Virus record (IMG/VR): IMGVR_UViG_3300032219_000995
Coordinates: 1-35,943 of that record
Strand: one strand, 5' to 3'
Origin: a virus
Taxonomy: Duplodnaviria; Caudoviricetes
DNA length: 35,943 bases
The position numbers and the translations under genes are program-made. Below are positions 9,603 to 18,565 of the stretch, piece after piece. The stretch's first letter is position 1, and every line of letters begins with the position of its first letter. The notes below the pieces were generated by a model. The model was not told the DNA's origin and did no database searches. It saw only the letters and a program-made list of their open reading frames with translations.

Positions 9603-11039
9603 ATGGACGAACAAGATAGCCAACTTGACCCGTTTGCTCAATCATTAGAGGACAAACAGCAAGCGTTGTTGAAACGGCAAATGGAGTTGCAACAAAGTTT
9701 GCAGCAACGGACAAATCCGTTATTCAACCCCACTTTGATGAAGATTTCTCAGGCTTTGTTGTCGCCGACAAAATCTGGTTCGTTTGGGGAGTCTCTTGGT
9801 ATGGGAGTTCAAGCCCTTATGGAGGGTTCCGAACAAGAGCAGTTGCGCCAACAGAATATGTTGAAGATGCAAGAAGAGCTAGAGCAAAAGAAAGAGGCCG
9901 TTCGTCAGGGGTTGATAAGAAATGAAATGATAAAAAAGACTTATCAAAACAACCCTCAACTCGGTGAGGTTCTTGCTGCATTCCCTGAAGCTGCGTCACA
10001 AATTTTGCCTGCGCTTTTTAAGCCTTCTGAAAAAACAAGAATGCTTACAACGCAAGAAAAAATAAATAATCAACTTGATGAAAATTCTCAATATCAAATT
10101 GACGCCAATGGAAAAATTTCTTTAATTTCTGGTTCAGAATCATCAAAACCCGGATTTGATGATATTGCAATAATGAAAACTTTGCGCATGGACCCATTAA
10201 ATTGGAAAAATTTTACTCCAGATGATTGGGAAAAAATTGCAAATTATAAAGCTGCCCTAAACCCAGAGCAAAGAGCACGACTACAAATAGAAAACGAGAA
10301 TCTTCAATTTAATACTGGTAAAAATATTCCAATCCCTGCGGCAAAAAGTGATTTTTTTGGAAGGGTTCCCGCTCCGGCAACTGGTGCTGCACCATCGGGC
10401 CAAACACCAGCTCAACCAAGAGCGGTTGTTGCGCAAGCTCCCGCGCAGCCGCAGGTTACTGAAACCAAACAGATTCCAATCATTGAGCAAGTTACACCAA
10501 AACAAAAAAGCGAACTGTTGCTTGATAAACCCAATCAAATTACTTCTGCAAAAATAGTTGGTACTAGTTTGAATAAACTAGAACAATCTATTGATATCCT
10601 TTTGAAAAAAGACTCTGGTCTTGAAAAAATTGTTGGTCTTTCTTCACTTGCTCCAAATCGTTATGGCAAAGAAGCTGCTAATGCTCAAACACAACTAGAA
10701 ACATTAAAATCACAACTTGCGGTTCAAGCAATAAGAGATATGCAAGATGCCTCAAAAACTGGAGGTGCGGTAGGCCAAGTTACAAATGCAGAATGGCCGC
10801 GCCTTGAAGCGCAATTTGGCAATCTTAAACAAGCGCAAGATTTTAATAGCATTAAAAAATCTTTGGAAAACATTAAACAAATTATTGCAGACACCAGAGA
10901 AAGAACATTGTCAAAATATGAAATGACTTATGGAGAAGACAGAAGTCTTTCTAGTTATTTGAAGGGTTCGTCAAAAATACAATTTACGGTACCTGGCTCT
11001 GAAGACGCTTTTAATAAACATAAGAGTCGCAATCAATAA
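9603..11039 (+). CDS. Putative ejection protein (coiled coil)
   Basis: 478 aa. N-terminal 'ALLSPTKSGSFGESLG', coiled-coil stretches and C-terminal 'KTGGAVGQVTNAEWPRL'. Confidence 0.55.
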   Translation: MDEQDSQLDPFAQSLEDKQQALLKRQMELQQSLQQRTNPLFNPTLMKISQALLSPTKSGSFGESLGMGVQALMEGSEQEQLRQQNMLKMQEELEQKKEAVRQGLIRNEMIKKTYQNNPQLGEVLAAFPEAASQILPALFKPSEKTRMLTTQEKINNQLDENSQYQIDANGKISLISGSESSKPGFDDIAIMKTLRMDPLNWKNFTPDDWEKIANYKAALNPEQRARLQIENENLQFNTGKNIPIPAAKSDFFGRVPAPATGAAPSGQTPAQPRAVVAQAPAQPQVTETKQIPIIEQVTPKQKSELLLDKPNQITSAKIVGTSLNKLEQSIDILLKKDSGLEKIVGLSSLAPNRYGKEAANAQTQLETLKSQLAVQAIRDMQDASKTGGAVGQVTNAEWPRLEAQFGNLKQAQDFNSIKKSLENIKQIIADTRERTLSKYEMTYGEDRSLSSYLKGSSKIQFTVPGSEDAFNKHKSRNQ

Positions 11040-11056
11040 TTTAAGAAAGTATAGTT

Positions 11057-12754
11057 ATGGCGCATTTTGAAGACCTGCAAGAAGCTCTTGTAAACGCTGA
11101 TAAAGCCGGAGATACCGAGGCCGCAGCAGCCCTTGCGCAAGAAATTCAAGTTTTGATGGACCGGCAAGGCCATCTGACCGTATCCGATGACAAGCAGACT
11201 CAAGAAGAAACTGAGTCCGCTTTAGCTCGGCAGGCGGAAATTGACAAAGAGGCCGAGCAATACAATCCGGCTTCTGAAACAGTTCGTTCGTTTGCTGGTG
11301 GTCTTTTGTTTAATTTGGCTGATGAGATTGAGGCATCCTTCAAGGCTGGTGACTTGTCTGGCGAACAGCGGCAGGCCGCCCTTGATTTGATTCGTGCAAA
11401 GCATAAGAAGTTTGAAGAAAACAATCCGGCCCTATCAATGGGCGCTGAGATTGCTGGTGGCCTAGTTCTTCCCGGCAGCGCTATTGCGCGTGGTGCAAAA
11501 GGTGCAACATCTTTTGCTAGACAGCTTGCAGAGGGCGCTGTAACCGGAGGAATTGCTGGATATGGCGCAGCCGAAAAACCTGAAGAAGACTTAGAAAGTG
11601 CTCTTCAGGGGGCTGTTACTGGTGCCGGAGTAACAAGTGCACTAAGTGGTGCTGGTCGTCTTATTGCGCCAAGATTTTCAGAAGACGTTCGCAAACTATC
11701 TGGCGTTGAATTGACCCCGGGTCAGCTCATGGGTGGGATTCCAGAACAACTAGAACGCGGTGTTGAGCGGATTCCTTTGCTTGGGAATGCAATCTCATCG
11801 GCTAGGGAAAGGGGCATTGAGTCTTTTAATCGTGGGGCTGCTAACAAAGTTCTTAGCAACATCAATCCAAACTTGAAAGTGCCTGCTGGTATGTCGCCGC
11901 AAGATGCGGTCAATTTTGTTGATAAAGAAATCAGCCGCCAATACAACACCAATGTAACCCCTTATCTTAACTTTAACGCTCAAAACAAAGATTTCATTGA
12001 TGACATTGCTCACGTCATTATCAAGCACTCATCTTTGCCTGACAACAGATTGCAAGATTTGCAAAAAAGAGCCAATGTTTTGATGCAAGATTTGATTAAC
12101 AATCCTAAGGGCAATCAACTTAAAGATGTAAAAAGCAAGTTGTCCTATGATGCTTATCGTTATTCCAAATCTCCTGACCCAGCAGACCAAGACTTTGGGG
12201 ATGCCCTGCAAGATATGAAGCGTAACTTCATGCTGCATCTTGCAAAACAAAATGGTCCTATTCATCGTGCTCTAATTCGAGCAGACAAGGCCGAAGAAGA
12301 CTACATCCGCATGGCAGACGCTTTTGCCAGTAGAACTGCTGGTACAGGGTTTACCCCAAAAGAATTGGGGCAATCAATCCGTAAACAGGCGCCCTCAAGG
12401 ATTGCTTTTGCAGAAGGCCGAGCAAGCCGTCTACAACCGTTTGCTCAAGCGGGTGAAAATGTTCTTGGCGGAATGCCAGAAAATCGGTCTTTGAATCTGA
12501 TGGATTTGCTTGCACCAGTTGGTGGCGCTAGCGCGTTAATTCATTTTTCTCCAGAGACTGCAGCAACCGCCCAAACAATTGGTGGACTATCTGCTGCAGC
12601 AATGCCACTTTTGTATTCAAAGCCTGTAACGCAAAGCGTTATTCCTGCTCTGTTGGCCCCCCGCCCACGAGCATTAACACAAGCGGGCGAGGCTATGAGG
12701 ACTATTTCTCCGCTTTCATCTCAGTTGTTTGTAAACCGAGAAGAGCAACAATAG
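11057..12754 (+). CDS. Putative DNA transfer/ejection protein
   Basis: 565 aa. 'AL.NADKAGD..AA..LA' N-terminal motif, 'GLLFNLADEI', glycine zippers and 'LTPGQ..G'. Last gene of the virion operon. Confidence 0.6.
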   Translation: MAHFEDLQEALVNADKAGDTEAAAALAQEIQVLMDRQGHLTVSDDKQTQEETESALARQAEIDKEAEQYNPASETVRSFAGGLLFNLADEIEASFKAGDLSGEQRQAALDLIRAKHKKFEENNPALSMGAEIAGGLVLPGSAIARGAKGATSFARQLAEGAVTGGIAGYGAAEKPEEDLESALQGAVTGAGVTSALSGAGRLIAPRFSEDVRKLSGVELTPGQLMGGIPEQLERGVERIPLLGNAISSARERGIESFNRGAANKVLSNINPNLKVPAGMSPQDAVNFVDKEISRQYNTNVTPYLNFNAQNKDFIDDIAHVIIKHSSLPDNRLQDLQKRANVLMQDLINNPKGNQLKDVKSKLSYDAYRYSKSPDPADQDFGDALQDMKRNFMLHLAKQNGPIHRALIRADKAEEDYIRMADAFASRTAGTGFTPKELGQSIRKQAPSRIAFAEGRASRLQPFAQAGENVLGGMPENRSLNLMDLLAPVGGASALIHFSPETAATAQTIGGLSAAAMPLLYSKPVTQSVIPALLAPRPRALTQAGEAMRTISPLSSQLFVNREEQQ

Positions 12755-12976
12755 TTACTCAGCAGAACGATGCTCTAATGCTTTTGCAACCTCTTTGTTG
12801 AGGGTTTTTACAAAAGCAATACAGCCGGCTCGTTCTGCATCTTGCCCTTTAAGGAAGGCAACTTCGGCTATCTTGCGGCCAAATTCCAAGATGTCTACGT
12901 TATCTGCGTAGACTCCGTCTCGACTCTTGTGCTCGCAGTAGAAGAAGATTTGGCGGATATCGTCGTTGCTAATCAT
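12755..12976 (-). CDS. Hypothetical protein
   Basis: 73 aa with a CAGGA RBS. Last gene of the leftward operon; its stop codon directly abuts the stop of the convergent virion gene. Confidence 0.7.
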   Translation of the reverse strand: MISNDDIRQIFFYCEHKSRDGVYADNVDILEFGRKIAEVAFLKGQDAERAGCIAFVKTLNKEVAKALEHRSAE

Positions 12977-12996
12977 GTTTGATTTCCTGTATCAGT

Positions 12997-13755
12997 TTAT
13001 TGATGTGAGTTCTTGATTTGCCAGTACGAAAGCAGGTGGATAAACATTTCCCAGCCCTGCTTCAAATCCTCTTCTGGCCACTCTTTGACTACCGCCAGAC
13101 CCGGAACAGACCTTGAGACAAAGACGTTCGCACATCGCGCATTAGGCATGCCAAGGCCAACTCGATAGGCGGCCAATTGCATCATGTGTTCGTCATATCC
13201 ACCAATGGTATCCGAGTCAGTGAACTCTTTGGTCTTGATGTCCACCACAATGCCGTCGGTGTACATATCAACCTTGCCGCCGAAACCTAGGTCGTGGGCA
13301 AAGGCTCTCTCAGAAATCCATTCATGCTTGCCAAACGCGTTTTCAATTGCCTGCTGGCAACCCATGACGTGTTCGGCGTGTCCATGTGAGCGGTTTTCGT
13401 AATACGCCTGAACCGCGGCGTGGATTTCCGTACCCGCGTCTGCTGCCGCCTTGCCTTGTTCTTTTGAGTCCCGAATGATGCGCTCAATGTATTGCTCTTC
13501 GGTCTCGTTCTGAATCTTCGGCAGAGTCAGGGCCGCCATCAAGACCTGCTTTTGCAACCACTGCGTAAGAGCCGGTTTGGCGGCCACATTGATGATGGTG
13601 GTTACCGAGGGTACAAGATTCAGTTTGCGCGCATCACGAAGCGTTGTAGGGCGTTGTAGACCCTTTGTTGATTCAACGGTATACATCGGCTCCCCGTCAC
13701 GGGTATACCAATGACCGCCTTCTTGAGCGTTCGGGCTTTTAGCAACAATACTCAC
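12997..13755 (-). CDS. PD-(D/E)XK exonuclease (Cas4/RecB-like, phage type)
   Basis: Ordered motifs: PSVTTI, GTEIH, SE, GGKVD, VVDIKT, QLAAY. Confidence 0.85.
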   Translation of the reverse strand: MSIVAKSPNAQEGGHWYTRDGEPMYTVESTKGLQRPTTLRDARKLNLVPSVTTIINVAAKPALTQWLQKQVLMAALTLPKIQNETEEQYIERIIRDSKEQGKAAADAGTEIHAAVQAYYENRSHGHAEHVMGCQQAIENAFGKHEWISERAFAHDLGFGGKVDMYTDGIVVDIKTKEFTDSDTIGGYDEHMMQLAAYRVGLGMPNARCANVFVSRSVPGLAVVKEWPEEDLKQGWEMFIHLLSYWQIKNSHQ

Positions 13756-14069
13756 TGTTCATCCTTTATAAACACGCCACCTTCAATCATTCGTCCCTTG
13801 CGGTCTTTGATTTCGTTCCAAGCGGCATCAAGACATCCCGGAACGCTAAGACCATAGAAGTGGCAGTAGATGATGAGACAAACAAGAACGTCCCCAACGC
13901 CATCTTCAATGTCGTCAAGTTTTCCCTTTGCCTCACCGTCTGCGATTTCCCCGGCTTCCGAGAACATCTTTAGAAGCTGGGCGCGGGGATTAGAGTGATG
14001 AACAATTCCCCGGTCAATCGCCCACTGGATAACTTTTTCTTCTAGCGCCTCAAAGGTGCCGACCATCAA
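13752..14069 (-). CDS. MazG-like NTP pyrophosphohydrolase
   Basis: 'QWA.DRGI...QLLK..SEAGEIAD...IEDGVGDVLV...CL..AWNEIKDRKG.MI.GVFIK' matches the all-alpha NTP-PPase pattern. Confidence 0.88.
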   Translation of the reverse strand: MMVGTFEALEEKVIQWAIDRGIVHHSNPRAQLLKMFSEAGEIADGEAKGKLDDIEDGVGDVLVCLIIYCHFYGLSVPGCLDAAWNEIKDRKGRMIEGGVFIKDEQ

Positions 14070-14263
14070 TATTCACCATTCAGAGCTTTCATAGCCTCAA
14101 TGGTTGACTCAAGTTTTTTAATCTTGCGATTGCGTTCTGCCAACTGGGCTTCATAGTGATGAGCCATGTCTGACAGTTGCCGTTGATATTCAACATCGCT
14201 GGTCATGCAGCGAACCAATTGCTGGGCTATTTCGTATTGACGTGCCATGAAATCATGTTGCAT
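14066..14263 (-). CDS. Hypothetical coiled-coil protein
   Basis: 65 aa, AGGAG RBS, coupled to the next gene. Confidence 0.7.
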   Translation of the reverse strand: MQHDFMARQYEIAQQLVRCMTSDVEYQRQLSDMAHHYEAQLAERNRKIKKLESTIEAMKALNGEY

Positions 14264-14305
14264 TTTGCTCTCCTAGTTGACCTCAAACTCAATAGCCCAT
14301 CATGG

Positions 14306-14491
14306 CTAAGCCGCTAGAGGTTGAATTGATTGGATTTTGCTTTTGGCGCCTTTCGGTCGACCACGCTTGATTGCAGTGACCTTCGTCGGTTTGGCAATAG
14401 CCATCACCTGTTTGGTCACTTGTTGAATGTCTTCAGCGGTGAATTCAATCTCAACGCCGTTGTGTTTGATTTTTAAATGAAAAGACATCAT
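14306..14491 (-). CDS. Small basic protein with AT-hook-like motif
   Basis: 61 aa containing KRGRPK. Overlaps the stop of the upstream gene. Confidence 0.6.
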   Translation of the reverse strand: MMSFHLKIKHNGVEIEFTAEDIQQVTKQVMAIAKPTKVTAIKRGRPKGAKSKIQSIQPLAA

Positions 14492-14727
14492 TTACCCTTC
14501 TTATTATTTTTAGCAATTTGCCTCTGCTGCCATCCGCGCGGCCAAAGAATGGCTTTTGCTCTCACGGCACCAAGAGACTCCAGTTCGACCTTGCTACGCT
14601 CAATCCCGCCGGGAGCGACGTAGATGTCTTCCTTAGTCCAATGAGGGACCCAAGGCTGATATGTAATCCAATACATCCACGCCATATCGCTGTCGATGAT
14701 TCGATTGCCTGCAATTGGAGTAGTCAT
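14488..14727 (-). CDS. Hypothetical protein
   Basis: 79 aa, starts 1 nt after the SSB-like stop. Confidence 0.65.
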   Translation of the reverse strand: MTTPIAGNRIIDSDMAWMYWITYQPWVPHWTKEDIYVAPGGIERSKVELESLGAVRAKAILWPRGWQQRQIAKNNKKGK

Positions 14728-14728
14728 G

Positions 14729-15388
14729 TTAGAAAGGCACGTCGTCGTTCAAGTCATATTCCGGCAACTGAGCGTTACTTGTAACGCGTGCCGGCGCCGA
14801 GGAATGCGTTGTGAAGCGGCTCTGCCATTCGGGTGACTTCTCAATCTTCATCTTGAGGTTGTCTGAGAAGCTGTTGAACAGCTCCATGTCCGGATTCGAG
14901 ATGGTGAACATCTTTGGCTCGTTGTGAGCCTCGGGCAAGCCACCCTTTTTGATGTTCGGCGGAACCGGGTTGATGGTGGTGATGTTTGTGTACTCCTTGC
15001 CATTGTTACCAATGGTTTTGGCCACAGTAATCATTGCCCAATGACCCAGCACGTTTGCCAGCTCAAAGCCGCGCAGTTCTTCTGCAGTGAAGTCACGGCC
15101 GCGCCAGTTCTTCAGGTCAGCACGAAGCGTAGCGTTCTCGCCAAGACTAACCGTGTAATTTTTGGCAATAGACATCGGCTCGCCCTTCATTGTCAACAAG
15201 GGTTGACCGCTTTCGTCTTCGCTATGAACCTCAAACTGCAGCATGACTTTCGGGAGGTTTTTAACAACACCCATGTACTCGGACTGCTGAGTTCCGAGGT
15301 CAACGATGCGATAGCAACGCGACAGGTGCATGCCCGACGGCACGGGTTTGAAACTGCTTGCTTCTCCAGCCTTCACAATGAATGACAT
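14729..15388 (-). CDS. Phage single-stranded DNA-binding protein (OB-fold type)
   Basis: 'F..VPSG.H.SRCYRIVDLGTQ', 'LR..L..WRGRDFT' and an acidic SSB-type C-terminal tail DDVPF. Confidence 0.75.
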   Translation of the reverse strand: MSFIVKAGEASSFKPVPSGMHLSRCYRIVDLGTQQSEYMGVVKNLPKVMLQFEVHSEDESGQPLLTMKGEPMSIAKNYTVSLGENATLRADLKNWRGRDFTAEELRGFELANVLGHWAMITVAKTIGNNGKEYTNITTINPVPPNIKKGGLPEAHNEPKMFTISNPDMELFNSFSDNLKMKIEKSPEWQSRFTTHSSAPARVTSNAQLPEYDLNDDVPF

Positions 15389-15547
15389 TTATTCGCCCTT
15401 TTTTCCAAGTCCACATGCGTAACGCATAAGTGTTACGTCCTCGTCCGTTGCTTGATTGGATGAAATCCGCCCAAGGGCCTCCTCCATCATTTTCTGCAAC
15501 TCCAACTCAGCCTGATGCCAAGCCTCGTACTGGTCGTCCCGTTCCAT
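15389..15547 (-). CDS. Small hypothetical protein
   Basis: Manual translation MERDDQYEAWHQAELELQKMMEEALGRI...CGLGKKGE* (52 aa). Its TAA directly precedes the SSB ATG. Confidence 0.7.
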   Translation of the reverse strand: MERDDQYEAWHQAELELQKMMEEALGRISSNQATDEDVTLMRYACGLGKKGE

Positions 15548-15658
15548 AAAATATAACTTTCGCTGTTGGGGAACCTCAGATTACATCATCTGTTGCAGAG
15601 TTACAATAGGGTTGAACAAAAAAAATTGTTGATGTATGGTTGGGTTACAGGAGGATGT
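15548..15658. promoter_or_regulatory. Divergent control region between the leftward operon and the Cro-like gene
   Basis: AT-rich gap between divergent starts, with two GTTACA hexamers and a CAGGAGG RBS before 15659. Confidence 0.55.
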
Positions 15659-15874
15659 ATGACGCTGAAAGAATGGTTTAACGATAAGCCTAGAGGCTCC
15701 AAAGCCGCGATGGCAAATTCTATTGGTATTTCAAGGACTTGGATGGCGCTGCTGATTAGCAAGTCAAGACTTCCGAGTGCCGAGCTGTGCAATGCAATCG
15801 ACCTGTACACGAACGGCGAGGTGGCTAGGGTTGACCTAAGACCTGACCTGTTCGGAGAGCTGGACCGTGCCTGA
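15659..15874 (+). CDS. Cro/YdaS-like HTH transcriptional regulator
   Basis: MTLKEWF...GSKAAMANSIGISRTWMALL...PSAELC.AI...TNGEV...DLRPDLF. The 'LRPD' tail is typical of YdaS/Cro. Strong RBS. Confidence 0.85.
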   Translation: MTLKEWFNDKPRGSKAAMANSIGISRTWMALLISKSRLPSAELCNAIDLYTNGEVARVDLRPDLFGELDRA

Positions 15875-16148
15875 ATGTCTTGGTACTTCTAAGTGTGAGT
15901 ACGCGCCGAGGATGGTGACGCTGCAAGACGGCTGTGTAGTTTGTAGCAACTGTCACTTATGGGCTATGGAATGTGAAGCTAAACGTCTGCTGACCTATTC
16001 ATTGCCCGAGCGTCGAGAGGGTTTAGTAGAGCGCGAGAAGATTCGCGGCAAGACTGCATCAGAGATGTTGAAAGAATTCATCGCCAGGATTCACGAAGAC
16101 CGGCGGCAGAAGGCTAAAAAAATTATTGGCGGCGAGTATGAAAACTGA
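15867..16148 (+). CDS. Hypothetical Cys-containing protein
   Basis: 93 aa with several Cys residues (CVVCSNC, 'ECEA'). Overlaps both neighbours. Confidence 0.6.
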   Translation: MPECLGTSKCEYAPRMVTLQDGCVVCSNCHLWAMECEAKRLLTYSLPERREGLVEREKIRGKTASEMLKEFIARIHEDRRQKAKKIIGGEYEN

Positions 16149-16518
16149 AATCATGTTGCCGTGGCCGCCTAGTGTGAATACGTACTGGCGGATGTGGCGT
16201 AGCAGGATGGTGATTAGCAAGGCTGGCCGAGAGTATCGGACCGCAGTAGCCGAGCAGGTGGCGGAGCAGAACGCGGCCAAGTTTGCTGACAGGCCGGTGG
16301 TTGTGGTCATACGGGCTTACCGGCCCGACAAACGAAAGAGAGACCTAGACAACTTGCTGAAGGCCGCGCTTGATTCTTTGAGCCACGCCGGAGTCTTTGA
16401 CGACGACAGCCAGATACAAGACCTAAGAATCTACTGGGGTGGCCACATTGGAGGGTACCTAAAGGTGGAGGTCACCGATGATTTGGTTCAACCTAATTTT
16501 GTTGCTCAACGGAAGTGA
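16138..16518 (+). CDS. rusA: Holliday junction resolvase RusA
   Basis: 'LPWPPSVNTYWR', 'PDKRKRDLDNLLKAALDSL..AGV..DDSQI'. ATG placed at 16138. Confidence 0.93.
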   Translation: MKTEIMLPWPPSVNTYWRMWRSRMVISKAGREYRTAVAEQVAEQNAAKFADRPVVVVIRAYRPDKRKRDLDNLLKAALDSLSHAGVFDDDSQIQDLRIYWGGHIGGYLKVEVTDDLVQPNFVAQRK

Positions 16519-16636
16519 ATTCTGGTTACAATCGTTTGAGACGTACGAAGACTGTAGAGCTGTAGAGCTTGACCTTGAAGAGCGTGGAACAAAAGCGAAC
16601 CTTGTGTGTAGACGAGCGAATGTGGAGCCAGCGTGA
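16478..16636 (+). CDS. Small hypothetical protein overlapping the rusA 3' end
   Basis: GGAGGT RBS. MIWFNLILLLNG...FETYEDC...LVCRR (52 aa). GTGA coupling to the next gene. Confidence 0.55.
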   Translation: MIWFNLILLLNGSEFWLQSFETYEDCRAVELDLEERGTKANLVCRRANVEPA

Positions 16637-16962
16637 GAGAGATTGACCCGAATCAGGCGATTGATTACATCCTGAAAAACTCTGAACTATTTGCTCAGGC
16701 GAAAGCAGAGAGAATCTTTTTGGAAGAGTTTAGAAAATCCAAAAAGGCTTTGTTGATGCAAAAACACAAAGACGAAAGCATCGGCGCTCAAGAGCGCGAA
16801 GCTTACGCACATCCAGAGTACAGAGAACTTTTAGAGGGGCTGCGTGCAGCCATTGAACGTGAGGAGAAGTTGAGATGGGATTTGGTCGCAGCGCAAGCAA
16901 GGGTAGACGTGTGGCGAAGCCAAGAAGCGTCAAACCGCCGCGAAACACGGGTGACGGTGTGA
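16633..16962 (+). CDS. Coiled-coil protein, possibly a UvsY-like recombination mediator
   Basis: 109 aa, all-helical. 'AQAKAERIFLEEFRKSKKALLM...QEREAYAHPEY...VWRSQEASNR'. Confidence 0.5.
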   Translation: MREIDPNQAIDYILKNSELFAQAKAERIFLEEFRKSKKALLMQKHKDESIGAQEREAYAHPEYRELLEGLRAAIEREEKLRWDLVAAQARVDVWRSQEASNRRETRVTV

Positions 16963-17216
16963 AGGTTTGGCCGACATCTGAGGATGCACCGTGCCTGACC
17001 TATGAATACTTGTTGATGTTCTTGCGGACAAGCCCAAAGGTTAAGCATGCAACCGTTGAGGGTCTGTGCGGAACGTCAAAGATTAAGGTCGCGCCTTTGT
17101 ACGTTTGGATTGGCCGAATCGAAAAGGTTTGGGCTGACATCGTGACCGGCACCCTTTACACAATCAACGGGGCTTGCCTGTCGTCAAGTAAGCGCAGGGT
17201 TGTGAGCAAGCTATGA
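16959..17216 (+). CDS. Hypothetical protein
   Basis: Probable GTG start overlapping the previous stop (GTGA). Contains 'VWADIVTGTLY...GACLS'. Confidence 0.55.
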   Translation: MKVWPTSEDAPCLTYEYLLMFLRTSPKVKHATVEGLCGTSKIKVAPLYVWIGRIEKVWADIVTGTLYTINGACLSSSKRRVVSKL

Positions 17217-17503
17217 ACTATCGCAACCGAAAGCTACTAGATGCCGCCAGGGACCAGCCCTGTATGCACTGTGGGATTCAGGACGGAACTATTGTCGCAG
17301 CGCACTCAAACTGGTCGCGTCATGGCAAGGGTATGTCTATCAAGGCTCACGATTGCTTCATCGCCTTTCTGTGTAGTAGTTGTCACCACGAGATTGACCA
17401 AGGCTCTAAACTTTCAAAGGTTGAGCGTCAGCAGATGTGGCAGGATGCCTTTGAGAAGACCTTGCTACATTTGTGGCAGACGGAAAGGCTGGTAGTTAAA
17501 TGA
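17213..17503 (+). CDS. YbcO/DUF1364-like zinc-finger HNH-type nuclease
   Basis: 'L..AAR..PC..CG...TIVAAHSN...GKGM.IKAHD......CSSCH..ID'. Confidence 0.8.
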   Translation: MNYRNRKLLDAARDQPCMHCGIQDGTIVAAHSNWSRHGKGMSIKAHDCFIAFLCSSCHHEIDQGSKLSKVERQQMWQDAFEKTLLHLWQTERLVVK

Positions 17504-17877
17504 GAATCTCGGCCGTCATGAGGAACCCTAATGCTCCGCATGTGGACTTCACGCCGTTTCTAGGCATGATTGAATCTAATCCGAAGTTCCTGCCAAGCAA
17601 CCTAGACATGGTTCTGGAGCGCAACGGGAACTTTCTGATAGCCGAGTGGAAGCGCCCTGGCGAGGGTATCAAGGTTGGTCAGATGATTCTTTTGGAGGCT
17701 CTGGCTAGAGTGCCGGGCTTTGTTGTCTTAATCATCACTGGTGACACAGACAACGGCTTGAATGTATATGAGGTGCAACGCATAAGCTCTGACGGAAATC
17801 TCAAGTTTGTCTGTGACTCGCCAGAGGAGTTGTTAGACCGAATGCGTGAGTGGTACAAAAAAGTGAGCGGGCCGTAG
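17500..17877 (+). CDS. PD-(D/E)XK-like putative nuclease
   Basis: 'NLDMVLER...FLIAEWK......GQ..LLEAL' fits a D...ExK...Q restriction-fold pattern. Confidence 0.6.
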   Translation: MRISAVMRNPNAPHVDFTPFLGMIESNPKFLPSNLDMVLERNGNFLIAEWKRPGEGIKVGQMILLEALARVPGFVVLIITGDTDNGLNVYEVQRISSDGNLKFVCDSPEELLDRMREWYKKVSGP

Positions 17878-17889
17878 CCCGCTTTTTTT
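17867..17889 (+). terminator. Intrinsic terminator, probably bidirectional
   Basis: GCGGGC-CGTA-GCCCGC followed by T7, with an A-run upstream. Lies between convergent genes. Confidence 0.8.
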
Positions 17890-18148
17890 ATTGACGGCCT
17901 GCGTAATCTTCATCCTCATCATCAAAGCCGTCGTCGTCATCAAACTCTTCGTCGTCGTCTTCTTCAATGTCAATCTCAACGGCGTGCCAGCTTTCGTTGG
18001 TCTCTTCCGGCTCGCTGTCCATACATTCTTTGATTGCTTCAGATGCGTTCTCGGCGTCGATGAAATACTCGAACCGAACGATGTTAGTAATGTTCCATAG
18101 GGGCATGGCAGTCTCCAATGTTATGGCGCGGATGCGCTGTGTAATCAT
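17888..18148 (-). CDS. Small highly acidic protein
   Basis: Up to 86 aa (start may be the internal MPLW). C-terminus EIDIEEDDDEEFDDDDGFDDEDED. Confidence 0.7.
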   Translation of the reverse strand: MITQRIRAITLETAMPLWNITNIVRFEYFIDAENASEAIKECMDSEPEETNESWHAVEIDIEEDDDEEFDDDDGFDDEDEDYAGRQ

Positions 18149-18186
18149 AAAGTTATTGTGTGAACATCACACTACAAAAAAATATG

Positions 18187-18215
18187 TTGACTTCAGAATA
18201 GAAGTCCATTAGTGT
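18187..18215 (+). promoter_or_regulatory. Sigma70-like promoter with overlapping palindrome
   Basis: TTGACT-17 nt-TAGTGT. The GACTTC-N6-GAAGTC inverted repeat at 18189-18206 overlaps the -35 and spacer. Confidence 0.6.
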
Positions 18216-18222
18216 TCGTCCT

Positions 18223-18565
18223 GTCTGGGGTGGCACCTAGACACCGAAAAAGGAAGACCCCAGTCTATTGATAGGGGCTTGTGTGGCACTGCAACACGTA
18301 CCTTTTTCCGTGTCGTTGTGTTGCCCAAGCCAAGGGCCAAGCCTCTATCAGTACACTGGGGTTTTGCTTTTGGAAGACCGCTAGACTTGTCGGCGCGATA
18401 CGGCAGGGGTCTAGGGATACACGCACTGTGGGGTTAGATTTGAGATGCGTGGGAGGTGGCGAAGCCAGAGCCTCTAATCGAACGTCTGGCGGGTGCTGTT
18501 GGCTCCGGCGTGGGTAGACAGTTGAAGGCACTTAGGGATTAGGCTAGGTGCGTTTCACCAGCATA
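18223..18565 (+). ncRNA. Structured non-coding element (candidate ncRNA or origin)
   Basis: 5' hairpin GTCTGGG-GTGGCA-CCTAGAC, then a ~110-nt hairpin (AAGACCCCAGT..TATTGATAGGGGCTTG / CAAGCCTCTATCAGTA..ACTGGGGTTTT), then a G-rich stretch with no credible ORF. Confidence 0.5.

Noticed and set aside
12997-13755. Cas4-like gene implying a CRISPR system
   Set aside because: No repeat-spacer array or other cas genes. It lacks the four-Cys cluster and fits a phage recombination exonuclease near the SSB gene.
18453-18463. GAGGTGGCGAA, which I recall also occurring in the ColE1/pMB1 origin
   Set aside because: Only 11 nt with no flanking similarity, so chance is likely. It is not evidence of vector contamination or homology.
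18265-18531. ORFs 18281-18517 (+) and 18265-18531 (-)
   Set aside because: No RBS, atypical composition, and they cross long hairpins. The region is more plausibly non-coding.
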